From assembly GCF_021869535.1 (NCBI RefSeq), contig NW_026262666.1:7192001-7256000 (forward strand): a stretch of DNA of 64,000 bases. Direction: 5' to 3'. A program made the translations under genes and the position numbers. The DNA is from Mytilus californianus (Eukaryota). Shown one piece after another: positions 14,064-27,510 of the stretch. Within the stretch, counting starts at the first letter, position 1. Every line of letters starts with the position of its first letter. The notes below the pieces were generated by a model that saw only the letters and a list, made by a program, of their open reading frames with translations, had not been told where the DNA came from and did no database searches.

Positions 14064-17000
14064 TTACGTAGTATACTTATTATCTTATTCAATTTATTCT
14101 ACACATTATTACGTTTCTCTTGTTGATGCCAAAATTCAAAATAACCCATATTCCAGAATTTAATACAGTAATTCATTTCAAATATGAAATCAAATCACAC
14201 ACACATATATCGTATTCAAAAGTTTTTTTATGATGTTTTTTCGCAATGATTAAACTATTCATATAAATACGTAATTTTTAATTTAATGTTGATTTGAAAC
14301 CAGAATTTAATGTTAGCCTTAATATGAATTACTGAAGATATTGTTTAGACTGATTTATAATGCATGTGGTGGAGATCTGTCATATTCATAGGCTCATGTA
14401 ATAGAAAAAACTATTATAGTGTATTCATCAATGACATAAAATCAGTACATGCACGGCAAAAAACACAAAAGAGCAAATAAACAGCGCTTTTATTGTATTA
14501 TTCAACTCTTCTGTCTTCACCATGTTGTATATATTCTATTCATTCAACATACGTGTTTTCTATCAAAAAAATTTTCATCCCTTTTTCTCCAATGTTGAGA
14601 ACGTTTTAGTACTATTGGTCATATAGCTCTTCAACTATATCAGTTATTATACATCCTTGACTTACAAATATTCGGCTTTGCTGGAAATCCAGAAAAGCGC
14701 TTCGGACGTTTGTTATTTATAAAGTGTTGTTTTTATTTTTGTAAGTTCCTTCTCATCGTTTAGCTGAATAGTATAACAAACTTCTCGACATTATGGTTAG
14801 TGGAATGAAAATGTGATCTACAAAATATCAGTGATTTGAAACAAAAGCATACAATAAAAAAATGGTTAAAATTCATTTTAATATTATTAACAGATGAACA
14901 TCTATACCTTCACTTTCAATGTTAAAATAAGATAATGATAGAAAAGAGCCCAGATTTCTAATTGAAATTCAGAAATGATAGAAAGATATATACAAGACTT
15001 AAATTGAAGTCACTTGCAGTATAGTCAATCGTCATACGAAATATATTTAAGTAAATATAAGTTATATTATTTTTCTGTAATACTCATATGAGAGTTATTT
15101 TTTACAAAAAATATTTTCAGGATCTTTTAATTATCCTTCTTTTGAATTGTATTAAAAAATGGTTTTAGTTGCGTATGACATGCATCTGAGCAACATCCTT
15201 CACGACCCCCCGACTCCTCCCTCGCCATTGTTTTACTAAGTGACAGAAAATTATCCTTTATTAGTGGAATGAATCGAGTTTGATATTTTAATTACGTTTT
15301 GTTGTTTTAGCATATTATGTGAAATCATAGGTTGGAGCCAATTTTAATGAAATTTCTTACAAATGTATTTATAAAAAAAAAAATAAAACAGTGTGGACTG
15401 ATGTGGTTCTGAAAATTAATTGTTATAAGTTTACAGGAGGAACATTTAATTAAAATCTGAGTGACGGGGAAAATAGTTGAAAAAAATATCAGGTCATTTA
15501 CTTGTAAAAAAGTTTCTCTGTTTTGTGTGTCGTATCATAACACAATCAATCCATGCACACGAAAAATTAAAAGCAAATGAACAGCGCTGTTATTGGTGCT
15601 CAAGGATCTTTATAACATTTTGTAATGATTGAAGTATAATATTGCTCAAGAACTTTGATTGTATGTTTAGAAGATAACATGTACGTTAATAATCCCCTAA
15701 TGAAAAAAAAATTTACAGGAAAGACGAACACTTTAATCGAACCCAAATAACTAATAACTGTAGTGAATGCAAAGTTTTGAGAATTTCTCGAAACAGGTAC
15801 GAGATTCAAGATAAGTTTCGACAATACACGTTACTATTGATCTATCAGAAGATTTAGATTTTCAAGTTTGTTCATAATTTCTATCTTTAAAGGAATGTCT
15901 ATTTATATCAATTTGACTTCCGGGTCAATCACATGTGGAAACTCACAGTGATACACATCTCTATTTTTAACACAGACTTTATATATGCGATAAAATTTGA
16001 CATACAATGTAATCAGTGCAATTTCAAAAACTATTTATGATAGATATTTACGGAAAATACAATTAAAAATTTAACTTGACTTGCAAAAATTAAACCAGGG
16101 CGGTTATACACTTGTAAACATATCTTCTCTTCAGCTATTTGATCAAAAAGAAAATAGTTTAATTTGTTAACTGGTATATTGTTTTTGTTTTTAAACATGC
16201 CTAAAATATTCATTAGACTGATAACTTATTATTATCTTCATCTCATCTAAATCTACAAAATCAACGACTGAAATTGAACTAAAAAAATATGGTATATTAA
16301 TTCATAATACAAAAGTCATATAAACATTTGGCAAAATTCAACCCAAGGGAAGGCGCTTTAATTATCATTTAAATTATTTATTGATGTTTAAGTGATCGTG
16401 TGAAAAAAAAAATGCAATGCTTATTGAACACTTGTCAGAGCTTTCCTGCTGAAGAATTTTTCTTAGGTAGAACTATGTTGCAAATGGTGTTTAAATAAAA
16501 TTTAAATTATAACAACTTATATGTTATATGATAACTTAGAATTTCATCAATTTGTTTTAAATGATAAGTACTTATACTTTTACATCATGTACATTTGGAA
16601 GCATATATTTGAATAAACTTATAATTTTGTTTTTCATCAACTGGATTTGTAGTACTGCTGGTGGACAAAAGCCTCTAACGTCAATAATTTCTCGGTTGTC
16701 AAATAGAGTATGTTTATGGGGGATGTTTAAACATAGACTAGCTGTATCTCTGCATTCTTTAATTTAAGCTTAAGTTTGATGTTTTTTTAAAAAAAATATA
16801 TTAAATTATTTATATTTTCCTACTGCTAGAGCATGTTGAGGACACAGCCGTTTAAATGCAGCGGGTATTTTCGCATGAAATTCTTATTTAGTTTAAAGAT
16901 TGGCTTTCACATTTTGGTTTTGAGAAGTCATATTGAAGGTAAACATAAAAAGCCGCTTCGGACACACTTTCATAAGGGGGACTTTTGAAGTCAATGTAAT

Positions 17001-17471
17001 CAAAGGGTCGATACCATTGGAATGTTAGATGCCAAGGGTAGTTGTGCATTGTAACTTTCTCTGTTGAATTTTAAAGGCTTTTATTTTACTTAAGATTTAA
17101 TCTTGGTCAAATAGCTACCCACACATTCAGATATGTGTACACCTTTGTCCCTCACGTTTTTTGGTTTTGATCGTTCCTAACTTCCGAAGTTAATCCAAAG
17201 AAGCGCGTCGGATTCATCAAGTTTATCTTTATAAACACATTCTGAAAAACGGAAAGAACATTTTACGAGTGTCTAGGAAGGGAACGAATGTCGCATATAC
17301 TACCGCTTGACTTGATTGCGTCTTCCATCTTTGAAAAACTTCCGTAAAGGGGTAATCTGACAATAATTGAGACCAATCAGCCAAAACTATATACACATTC
17401 ATCATAGACAAACAACACAATTGACATAAAAATATTCTACTCGCCTTAAAAACATGACCAAATATAGTTTC

Positions 17472-17657
17472 ATAAAACTGAGAATGGAAATGGAGAATAT
17501 GTCAAACAGACAACAACCTGACCAAAGAGCAGAATACAGCCGAAGGCTTACTAGTTCAGTGAAAGTGGACGTCATACTAAAAAAAACATACAAGACTAAC
17601 AAAGGCCAGAGCCTCCTGACTTGGGACATGTGCAAAAATGCGGCGGGGTTAGACATG
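17472..17657 (-). mobile_element. Internally deleted 3'-terminal fragment of the same PLE family
   Basis: ataaaactgagaatggaaatgg...ctagttcagtga...aaaggccagagcctcctgacttgggac matches the 18-kb copy. Confidence 0.75.
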
Positions 17658-18055
17658 TATATATCACGTAAAATCTGGCATTGTAACCAAACTGACGAGA
17701 AACAAATTAATATCTACAAAAGTGGAATATTTAAAATACCAAAAAATAAACAAAAAAAAACCCCAACTAATTGTGATTTCATAAAGTACGTAGGCGCAAT
17801 GCTATATTTTAGATTTAAATATTAAAGTTTACTACAAACTGACACAAATAACACCTGTAAGCAATTGTGTAAGCAAAAAACTACTTTGTATACCAAAACT
17901 TATTTTTTTTGTATCTTCTTAATTTCGATATAAGGGCGATAAGTAGGATTTGAACCTTTGCACAGAAATATATAAACAAAGCAGATGCAAGAATTTTTTT
18001 TTGACATTTATGAAGAACGTATCATCAAACCTATGTTAATCTTAGTTAGTGTTTA

Positions 18056-18752
18056 ATAAAATTGAGAATGGAAATGGGGAATGTGTCAAAGAGACAACAA
18101 CCCGACCATAGAGCAGACAACAGCCGAAGGTCACCAATGGGTCTTCAATGCAGCGAGAAACTCCCGCACCCGGAGGCGTCCTTCAGCTGGCCCCTAAACA
18201 AATGTGTATACTAGTTCAGTGATAATGGACGTCATACTAAACTCCAAATTATACACAAGAAACTAAAATTAAAAAAGATACAAGACTAACAAAGGCCAGA
18301 GGCTCCTGACTTGGGACAGGCGCAAAAATGCGGCGGGGTTAAACATGTTTTTTGAGATCTCAACCTTCCCCCTATACCTCTAGCCAATGTAGAAAAAACA
18401 AACGTACAACAGTACGCACAGTAAAACTCAGTTTAAGAGAAGTCCGAGTCCGATGTCAGAATAGTAAACAAAAGAAAATAAACAAAATGGCAATAATACA
18501 TAAATAACAACAGACTACTAGCAGTTACTGACATGCCAGCTCCAGACCTCAATTAAACTAATTGAAAGATTATGTCTTCATCATATGAATATCAGGCACA
18601 ATCCCTCCTGTTAGGGGTTTAGTATTATAACGTCATAAAATATATGAGAAGAAAATAACCCGTGTCATGCCAACAATTGGTTTAGAATAAATATGTTTAA
18701 TTCCGATGCAAAGACCCTATAAGTGAATCAATATCAAAGCCAAAATATGCAA
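18056..18752 (-). mobile_element. 3' fragment of the same PLE family (last ORF codons AYFGFDIDSLIGSLHRN*, SECIS, 3' terminus)
   Basis: Reverse-complement match to ~56010-56692. The natural stop TAA is retained at 18697-18699. Confidence 0.88.
18570..18658 (-). promoter_or_regulatory. SECIS element, second copy
   Basis: Minus strand reads uuuuAUGAcguuauaauacuAAAccccuaacaggagggauugugccUGAUauucauaug. The core, AAA and spacing are the same as the 56.1-kb copy. Confidence 0.7.
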
Positions 18753-21700
18753 CCTGAATGTAATCATAACATCTATTTATGAAAAATCATGATATATGTG
18801 TTAGCCACTGTTTAACGATTAACAGACTACACTGATAAAATGATGTCAGCAATGTACTCAAACAATATATATCCTATTATTAGTAATACATTTATCTTAT
18901 ACTGATATATGTGAGGATACATTTTTTTGCGTAGAAATTTCATTTCATTTTTCTAGGTATTTTATTTAGGACCAATAATATATTTTTTTTATTTATTTAT
19001 GTAAAACCAAAACCGAAAACAAACCAAACATTGTAAAATGCTTTTTTGTGTAATTTAACAATATTCATATTATCCGATTGTAAATGAAAATTTGATATTA
19101 AAAGAGAAGAATATACATTACATATTCTATATAACCTCTTTTTGAAAGTAAAATACACTGATTAGTGATTCATGACATTAAATAAATGTAATGTGCTCTA
19201 TTTGCCTTTGAGATGTCCATTCTCTTCAAGGTAAGTATTCTAATAAAACATGTAAAAGAAGCTGCACTTCCAAACTTGAAAATAATTATTACACAATTCA
19301 ATTGTTTTTATTTTTAAACTTTCTTTGAACTATATTTAGTAGAACTAGTAATTGTTTCTTTGAAAATAATTCTTCCTTTGGTTTCGTTTTTTTTTAAATT
19401 GTAAAAAATTAAAAGCATATTGTCTTTATATATAATAAACTGGATTGACCGAGCAACTTAGTTTGTGAGCGATATGAATTGTTTACACACAGATAAATAA
19501 AAAGGATAATTTTCAAAACTGTAAAATTTATTTCACATGTTAATTAATCAGATAAATTTTTATTTTGCATTTCAAGTAAAATGTAACTTTAGGTGTAAAC
19601 GTATGCAGACAATCAGCTAATTCAAAATAATATATATTTCTTTTTCAAATAATTTTATTCTTTATCACTGAAATGATGACTTTTATTTATAGTTGCCATC
19701 TGGTTTTCTATATAAAAATCGAACTGAAGGTAATAAAAACGGAAATCAGTTCAAACAATGAAATTCAGTTAAATTGATAATACTATAGATATAGTATATG
19801 AGGTAACTATATATTGTTTTATACGCAGTATGTGTGATAGTCATTTTAAAATATTACCTGAAGTTAAAATGTAAGTACAATTAACACAATCACAATATCA
19901 TGAATATATTCGGTAAACAATTAAAATATCATTTATTCTGAATATATTTGATGGCTTTTGATGTTCAGGACAATTTGGCCAGCAATTTTTATGTCAATTA
20001 ACGTTTGTATGATTATGTCTGCAATTGTAACAAGGATATGTAGATGTTTCATGTCATACATTATTATTTTATATCTAAATGATGTATGCCAGAAGTATAA
20101 ATATTATCTTATTCAAATGAAACTACATTTGGGTGCGTTTCTCTTGTTGACGCCCAAACTTCAAAATAACCTAATTTACAAGAAGGTTTATCACAGGGGT
20201 TCAATCAGAATTCTTAAAAGTAGTTCATTTCAAATATAAAATCAAATTATACAAATATATTTACAAAATTTAAAGGATCTTAATTTAAAAAAAAAAGTTT
20301 ATTTGAAATGGGACGATATTTCTGCAATCAATTTCAAAATCAAAGCTGATTCAGAATTTTTTTTTTTCATAAATAGTTTATTATTTTTTGCAAGGTTAAT
20401 GACAAATACAAGATGACCTATTCCTATAAAAATGTAATCGTTAGTTTAATGTAAATTAGAAACCGGAATGTTTTGAAGACAGTAGAAAAAACAATTTATC
20501 TACAAAATGATGGTGGTGTGAAACACATGTATAAAATAAAACAAAATGAATGGTTGTAAAAATTAATATCAAAATAATAACAAATGAAGATATTTACAGT
20601 TGCTTTCAATATTAAAATCAAATAATGATATAACTTACAGTAGAGGTCAGCTGCAGTATTTCAATGGACATACAAATAATATCAAAGTTAATATTGGCCT
20701 TTTTTTATTTTTCTTCAATATCCATATTCCAAAGTTTTGCACCAACAGGTATTTCAAATTATTTCTATTAGATTAATTGTATATTGTGGTGACAAAATGG
20801 TTATTGTTGTGTATACCATTCTTCTGAACTAATCCTTCCAGAACACCCACTAATATGTGAAGAATTTGCTCAGATACACAACAATTGATATTTTTTAAAA
20901 TTTTTACACTATTTTCCAGGTCACTTCAGAATTTTATGAAATTGTCTTTATGTAAACATACAGCAAAAATATTCCAAGACACATTAGTCCACATCCTAAG
21001 TGTAACATTATTTCCTATGTGACAACAAATGATTCTTTATAAGTTGAATGGATCAAGTTTAAAAGTTTGACCAAGTCTTGTTTTGTGAGCAGACTGACCC
21101 AAAACTTTGTACGGAATTTCTTAACTATAAATATATGAAATAGCCAAGGATGTGGATTGATATGTCTCAGCAAAATTATTAATCGTTATAAGTTCACTTA
21201 TGGAAAATTTCCTGAAAAACTGACATGACTAGGAAAAAAGTTGAAGAAATGTTGGGACCGTCACTAGTAAATGTGTTATCTGTATTTATAATGAAAAACA
21301 ATGATATTGCGTATCGAATCAAAACCAAAAAATAACAAATACACGCACATGAAATATTTAAAGGATATGAACAAAGCTGTTATTTTTGTTTTTCTTTAAT
21401 TATATTTAGTAATTAATCGAAGATTATTTTGCAAAAGAACTTTGATTTTATTTTTGGGGGTAATGAATAACATATAACATATGAAAGTGTATCATCACCC
21501 AATTATAATAGATGAACACTTTCATCGAACCTTTTAAATAACTAGTTACAGTAGCTAATATAAATGTTACGAGTTACGAGATTAAAGGTCAGTTTCGACA
21601 ATACACATTACTATCGATCTAATAAAATTAGATTTTCCATGTTTATTTATAATTTTGATCATTGTAGGAATGTTTATCTATATCAATTTGACTTCCGGGT

Positions 21701-22202
21701 CAATCACACGGAGACACACATAGTGGTACAGAGAGATGCATTTGTGATATAATGGGTACAATCAATGCAATTTCGGAAAATCTGTATGATGCATTTTTCA
21801 AAAAATTCCAATAAAAGAAATGAACCTGACCTAAAACGTTTATCCAATGCGTGTTTTTTATTGTAAACATAATTTATCTTTAGGTATTTAATCAAGAAGA
21901 TAATATTTTAATTTATGAACTGATATATTTCTTGTTTTTTTTTAACATGCTTAATATGTTCAGTTGACTGATAATTTTCTATTATCACCATCTCATCTAA
22001 TTCAAGTCTACAAAATTAATGATTAAAATCGGACTGAAAATATATGTTTTAGTAAATCATTACACAATCTCAATACACGTTTGGCAAAACTAGAACCACA
22101 GGAACACACTTTAATTATTACACTTTAATTATTATTTAAATTCAAAGCGATGCCTTTAACCAGAATCAAAAGTTCAAACTTTGTTGCATGCTTAAATAAA
22201 CT

Positions 22203-22403
22203 TATCATAGATACAAGGATTAGAATTTTGTATTTTCGCCAGACGCGCGTTTTGTCTACAAAAGACTCATCAGTGACGCTCGAATAAAAAAAAAGTTAAA
22301 AAGGCCAAATAAAGTACGAAGTTTAAGAGCATTGAGGACCAAAAATTCCTAAAAGGTTTACCAAATACAGCTAAGGTAACCTATTCCTGAGGTAGAAAAG
22401 CCA
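22203..22403 (-). mobile_element. Retrozyme-family fragment with hammerhead (22237-22278; GAAA changed to AAAA)
   Basis: Minus strand reads CGUCA-CUGAUGA-GUC(uuuugua)GAC-AAAA-CGCGCG-UC-UGGCG. The flanks match the 54-kb unit. Confidence 0.8.
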
Positions 22404-22741
22404 TAGTATTTCAAAAATTCTAAGTTTAAAGCTTCTCCAAGAGCATAAGTCTAGTAAAAGTCTTTTCAAGATATGGAACTATGCAACATTTGTACATTTA
22501 AGAACACACAGTTTCTTGTCAAATAGATGTGATCAGCTACATAATTTGTAGCATTAGTCATTGACGACGATTCTGACGATGGACATGTACATTAACATTG
22601 AACAGAGTTACACGACATTTGATTTAATCAGTAGAAACACTAGTTATACGATCGTCATTTTTATACTGATTTTGTTATGATATTTTCGTGGTTTCAGCTT
22701 ATAAGATAATTTTAACTCGAAAAGAAGAAAATTATAATAAG

Positions 22742-22789
22742 ATGGGAAACAATATGAGTAAACATATGAAGCAGACAGCTGGTGATAAT
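22742..22789 (+). CDS. Candidate coding exon, MGNNMSKHMKQTAGDN, of an unknown small protein
   Basis: ATG followed by 16 codons and a GTAAGT donor at 22790. An upstream acceptor at 22697 leaves the frame open, so the true start could be further 5'. Confidence 0.5.
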
Positions 22790-23008
22790 GTAAGTAAATT
22801 AACAGTTAGAAGACATTAAAGAATTACCTCTAACGAATAAAGCTAAAGTATTAAAAAAAAAAGAAAAACGGTAAAAGATCGCAATCAAAATGCATATTTT
22901 GAACTCTTTTAGTAAATTTCTTTTTTTTTTTCTAAAGCAAGCTAAATAAATTCATCATTTCTTATTGTGTTAATCTTTTAATCATGAAATACAATCGTTT
23001 TAATATAG

Positions 23009-23146
23009 GATATATTCCAAGACAACTCTACGGACCAATCGGGAAAGGACGCACAAGCAGCATATATATCTGCTATTGGCATGATTGACCGAATCTTTGA
23101 ATACAAATATATTGATTCGGGAGCATTTGAAAACTATTACAATCCG
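23009..23146 (+). CDS. Candidate internal exon, phase 0-0, 46 aa (DIFQDNSTDQ...FENYYNP)
   Basis: tttaatatag acceptor and GTAAGC donor. The exon is fully open and in frame with the preceding exon. Confidence 0.55.
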
Positions 23147-24677
23147 GTAAGCAAATTAAAACAAGTTCCGCAACAGCTGACATCATGCATAACATCAAAG
23201 TTATGTTGTTTATTTAGTTCGTAGATGTCTTAGAGGAGGACAATATTCATTTCGTGCATGTCTCACGATTATGCTATATTTTCTTGGGGATCATAATTGT
23301 AATGCTAGGATGTCAATAAATCTGGTCTGTCCAAAAATGATGCTGTTTCTAGATTTCTGCTTTGATTTTTTATAACAATAGTTAAACTTTTTATTTAGAG
23401 ATTACAGTTCCTTTATATATATTTCGATAGATTTCCGGTTAGTGTATCAGTTTTGTCATCTTACGGCATCTTCCACATTTAAGATGAGTTTATCTTAAGA
23501 GGTGTAGCCCTAAAAAGTAGGGACATATTGTGTATTTGCAAAGAACAGGTATCCAACAAATACAAAAGGACAAGAATGTGAACAAGTCAAAAATAGTAAA
23601 GTAAAAATATCGAACTCGACAAAGCAAATTGAAAAAGGAGAATTTCCATAAAAACTGACAAAATCAAACGTTTCCAAAAATATTGAAAAAAACTGTCATA
23701 TTTTGGAGCTGATACAGGCATTTTTCGAAAAAAGTGGTGGATTAAACCTGGTTTTAAAGCTAGGTATGGGTTTTGGTCGAGTGTATTACGAGCACTGTCC
23801 CTTTATTATGTGTTTTGTCAAACGACGATACGTTTAAGCATAACATTTAAAACCTAATACATTTTCATTTATTATAATGAACATTAAAATAAGCTAGTGA
23901 TTGATATCAAGGGCGTCGAAACCATCAATGATAATCGATGTTGAAATTTGAAATTACAAAATTTAAGGAATGAAGAGTTTTGCAATGTATTTTTCATTTT
24001 CGAATCAATCAAAGTCATCGAACATCCTTGTGCTTGATTGTAAGATAGATAACATTACATTTTCAGCCTCTTAATTCTTCACATGAATCTGTACGTAATG
24101 TATTTAGATAATTACTTGATTTAATTTTTAATAATTACAAATGTTCGTTCACTTTATTATATTTGGTGAACATTTACATATTTTAAAAATAAAAATTTAC
24201 GATGATTAGCTATTAAACAATTAAAACATGGTGAACGTTCATAAAAATATTTAAACATACTACTTCTACCTAAAGTGTCGAGCGCAATAAAAAAAAAACA
24301 TTTTTTCTCGACCATTGATCTTTTCAAAATTTAAAATCCGATCTGTAGAATGAGAACAAATGTCGTACCGCCCGGGACAAAGCTGTTTCATCTATATTTC
24401 TCGTTAATTAAGATAATATAAACGTCGTCGTTTTTTTAATAATCTGTAAAACTGTTTTCATGTGACGTAATCAGACATTGTCGCCTTTTTCATGACCTCA
24501 CAGCTGTGTTATTCAATCAGTCTACGCCATAACTGAATTATCACTAATGAAAAGTTACAATGAAATGAAACTACATATTGTTGTAAAACAATCATTAATG
24601 ATTCGGAGAAAGTATACATCGGTTAATAATAGAGTAGAATCAAAATATAAACAGTTAAGTTGTAGTTAATAGAATTG

Positions 24678-25258
24678 TATTGGTATAATGCAAAGTTCAG
24701 CAGAGTTAAACTAGGTCAAAAATACAAAAAGGTAGATACTTGAATGGACAAACAATTCATATTACACACGAAGACTTAAAATGCATATCATTATAACTTC
24801 AATTAATTGTTTTTTAAGAGTGAACAAGCTTTAAAGACATGCGATTGGAACTTTGGATTCAGTTGGTATCTGAACGAGTGGATATATGACTGCGATAGCT
24901 TTTTGCAGATAAAGAGCTTTGGTGACAATAAGATGCCATACCCAATGAAAGATGTAAGATGTGCCCCAAAAATGTAACTGCGTTTGATACGTTGCATGAT
25001 AGAAACATATTGATTATAATTAAAAAGTAATTATAATCAAATACTATAGAAAATAAGAATAAATTAGACCAGGACACCTAACGAGGATGAACGGCCTTGG
25101 ACGAACTTGACCTAAACGTTATCCGAAACACCAGGTGTAATATTATCAAATTAAAGAAATTCATAGAAGACCAGTTGATTACCACAGATCATTTACGTTG
25201 GGAAAATCCTTTCAAATAAATAGATGTGTAAAAGTTTATAATTGACCACAGAACAATA
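24678..25258 (+). repeat. Left terminal repeat (order A 24678-24959, B 24960-25258)
   Basis: Both blocks recur at 30029-30620 in the opposite order. Confidence 0.85.
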
Positions 25259-27255
25259 TACCGAGAAAAAGGTCAAATCAGTTTTTAACAGTTAAAGATA
25301 ATATATATAAATTAAAGAAAATATATATAAGCGAAACATGTTATACATGTGAATCACCAAATCATGCATTAACAAAGCAATAATTTCATAAACCTGTAAT
25401 TGAAGACAAACACTTAAATGCATATAACATTGCATATAGCGTATGCACAGCAATACATGTACATGGAAAATCATTATAGAAACTAGATACGGACAAGAAA
25501 TAAAATGTCCTATAGGCAATAATATAAGTAGCTTTTGCTAAGATTGGTTCATGGACACGATTATTTATAAAATGTATGCTCGAAGTCTCTGCTTTACACG
25601 TTGTGCAACCTCCGTATTTCCTTGATTTTGTTAATCTTGGCAATCTCTTAGTAGACTTATTTTCATTTTGTCTTTTTATTGATATTAAACCCTTTAGCTC
25701 AAGTCATACCAGATTAAGAGACTACCACTTCTCTTAATGCTGAAACTGCCTGCTTAATATTTACATTAACAGATCATGAATGATCTAGAATAATTTTCAT
25801 CAGAAATACTGGAAAAGTAGTTTGAAAATCATATACTGGATAACCAATAAAGAGGCAAGGAATTTGGATTTGAAAAGAATACATTATTTTACTTCAACTC
25901 ACACTAGAATAACTGCCCGATTTATCCTACGAGTCAGAAAATACACGTGCACGGTTCTTTACAACTATCATAAAAACGTATCAAATGTAATTTAACTGAA
26001 GGGTGCAACCTTAATGGGAATCTGTAAAACCTTATAGGAAATGTCCATTGTTCCAAAACAATGAAACAAAAACTTTTGATTTACCAAGACAACGCTGAGA
26101 CATTCGCTCATCTTGACCACTTTCTTTGCTGATACCACATAGACAGAACTAAACTAACCCTCAAGAAACAAAACTACCTCAAAGGGAAAATGACGGAGTT
26201 CAACAGGCGGATACGGAGAGAATTTCAGGAAACCATCCTTAAAGCTGCATGTGACTACTGTGAAGAAATGCAGTCGAACTGCGAACAACTGTGGAGAGAA
26301 GCGTGTGGTAATATCACAAATGGGAAGAACATTCCAAAACTCAACAATAAAGTCCAAGAATTGAAGAAGTGGGCAGAAAAATACAAAAAAGCTGCAGCCA
26401 AACCTTTTAATAAAGAAGAACCGGAGAAAAACGCTAAAGAAACAGGAACTTGAAATGTTAAAGAGAAAAACAGGAAAAGACGAGGAAACTGAAATATCTA
26501 AACTGAAAAGAGAGACGGAAGAGTTAAGAAACACTATGAAACAAGCAATAGATATAATCGGGGTAATTACAATGTGAACAACTATAGAGGAGGATACAGG
26601 GGAACACATTGTTGATGTCATTGCATTTGGTAAAATAATATAAACTCGAATAACGTAAAGTGACAGCTCTGTGGAACAGTATATTTTATTTTATAATATA
26701 TTTTCATTACGGAACATTAACTTGGTATTCAGTGATCTGGATTTTATTAAATATTTTCTCTTAGAATATGGATTGATATATTATATCAGACTATACGAAG
26801 CAGGTAAACATGGCAGTTTATTCTATTCTAATTTGTAAAGATAATAAATCGTTTATAACGTCCGGTTAGAAACCAGATTTGAAATTTTAATACTGTATGT
26901 AATTAATATTTTCATGGAATACTACCATCGTAACAACATATTTATGTATCAAATTGTATTAATACTGCAATTATTGCCTATTTTATTTTAATTAATACAT
27001 TCCCTTATTACACGAGTCGACAAATAATTTGATTATAGGAGTCTCTGGTCATATACTTGATGACGTACTTCGGTTCAACATATGATGCTAACACATAAGC
27101 CAATCGAACCCCAGCTTTGGTCTTTCTACGAATGCCGCCTATTGTCTTCCAACCAATCACGACACAACACATTATCGCATGTTTCTTATCCCCTCTCTTT
27201 TGGTAATAGTGCCTAACAATTTGAGATAGACAAGGTTATTGGTTCTAAACAATCT

Positions 27256-27510
27256 CTGAGAGGATTTTTTTCGCAATTAGAAAAAAACTTCTAAAAAGGA
27301 GATTGATTTACAATAACTATATACCTAATAGACATATTTAAAAATATCATGTCTGAGAAGGCTTTTTTTCGCAATTAGAAAAACACTTCTAAAAAAGGAG
27401 ATTGATATACAATCATAATATACAGAATAGACATACCTAAAGATATCATCTCGGAGAAGGTTTTTTTCGCAATTCTTAAAATACTTCTAGAAAGGAGATT
27501 GATTAATATT
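27256..27510. repeat. ~104-bp tandem repeat, ~2.5 copies
   Basis: The unit gagaaggtttttttcgcaatt...cttctaaaaaggagattgat recurs three times. Confidence 0.85.

Larger units (their letters stand above)
8740..22690 (+). repeat. Old tandem segmental triplication (~5-6-kb unit)
   Basis: Paralogous blocks: 13020-13395 with 19457-19830; 8740-8935 with 14275-14400; 9424-9845 with 14617-15050 and 20540-20690; 15813-16370 with 21590-22140; 10880-11290 with 22140-22670. Confidence 0.75.

Noticed and set aside
26154-26621. 155-aa minus-strand hydrophobic ORF
   Set aside because: Antisense shadow of the Lys/Glu-rich PLE N-terminal region.
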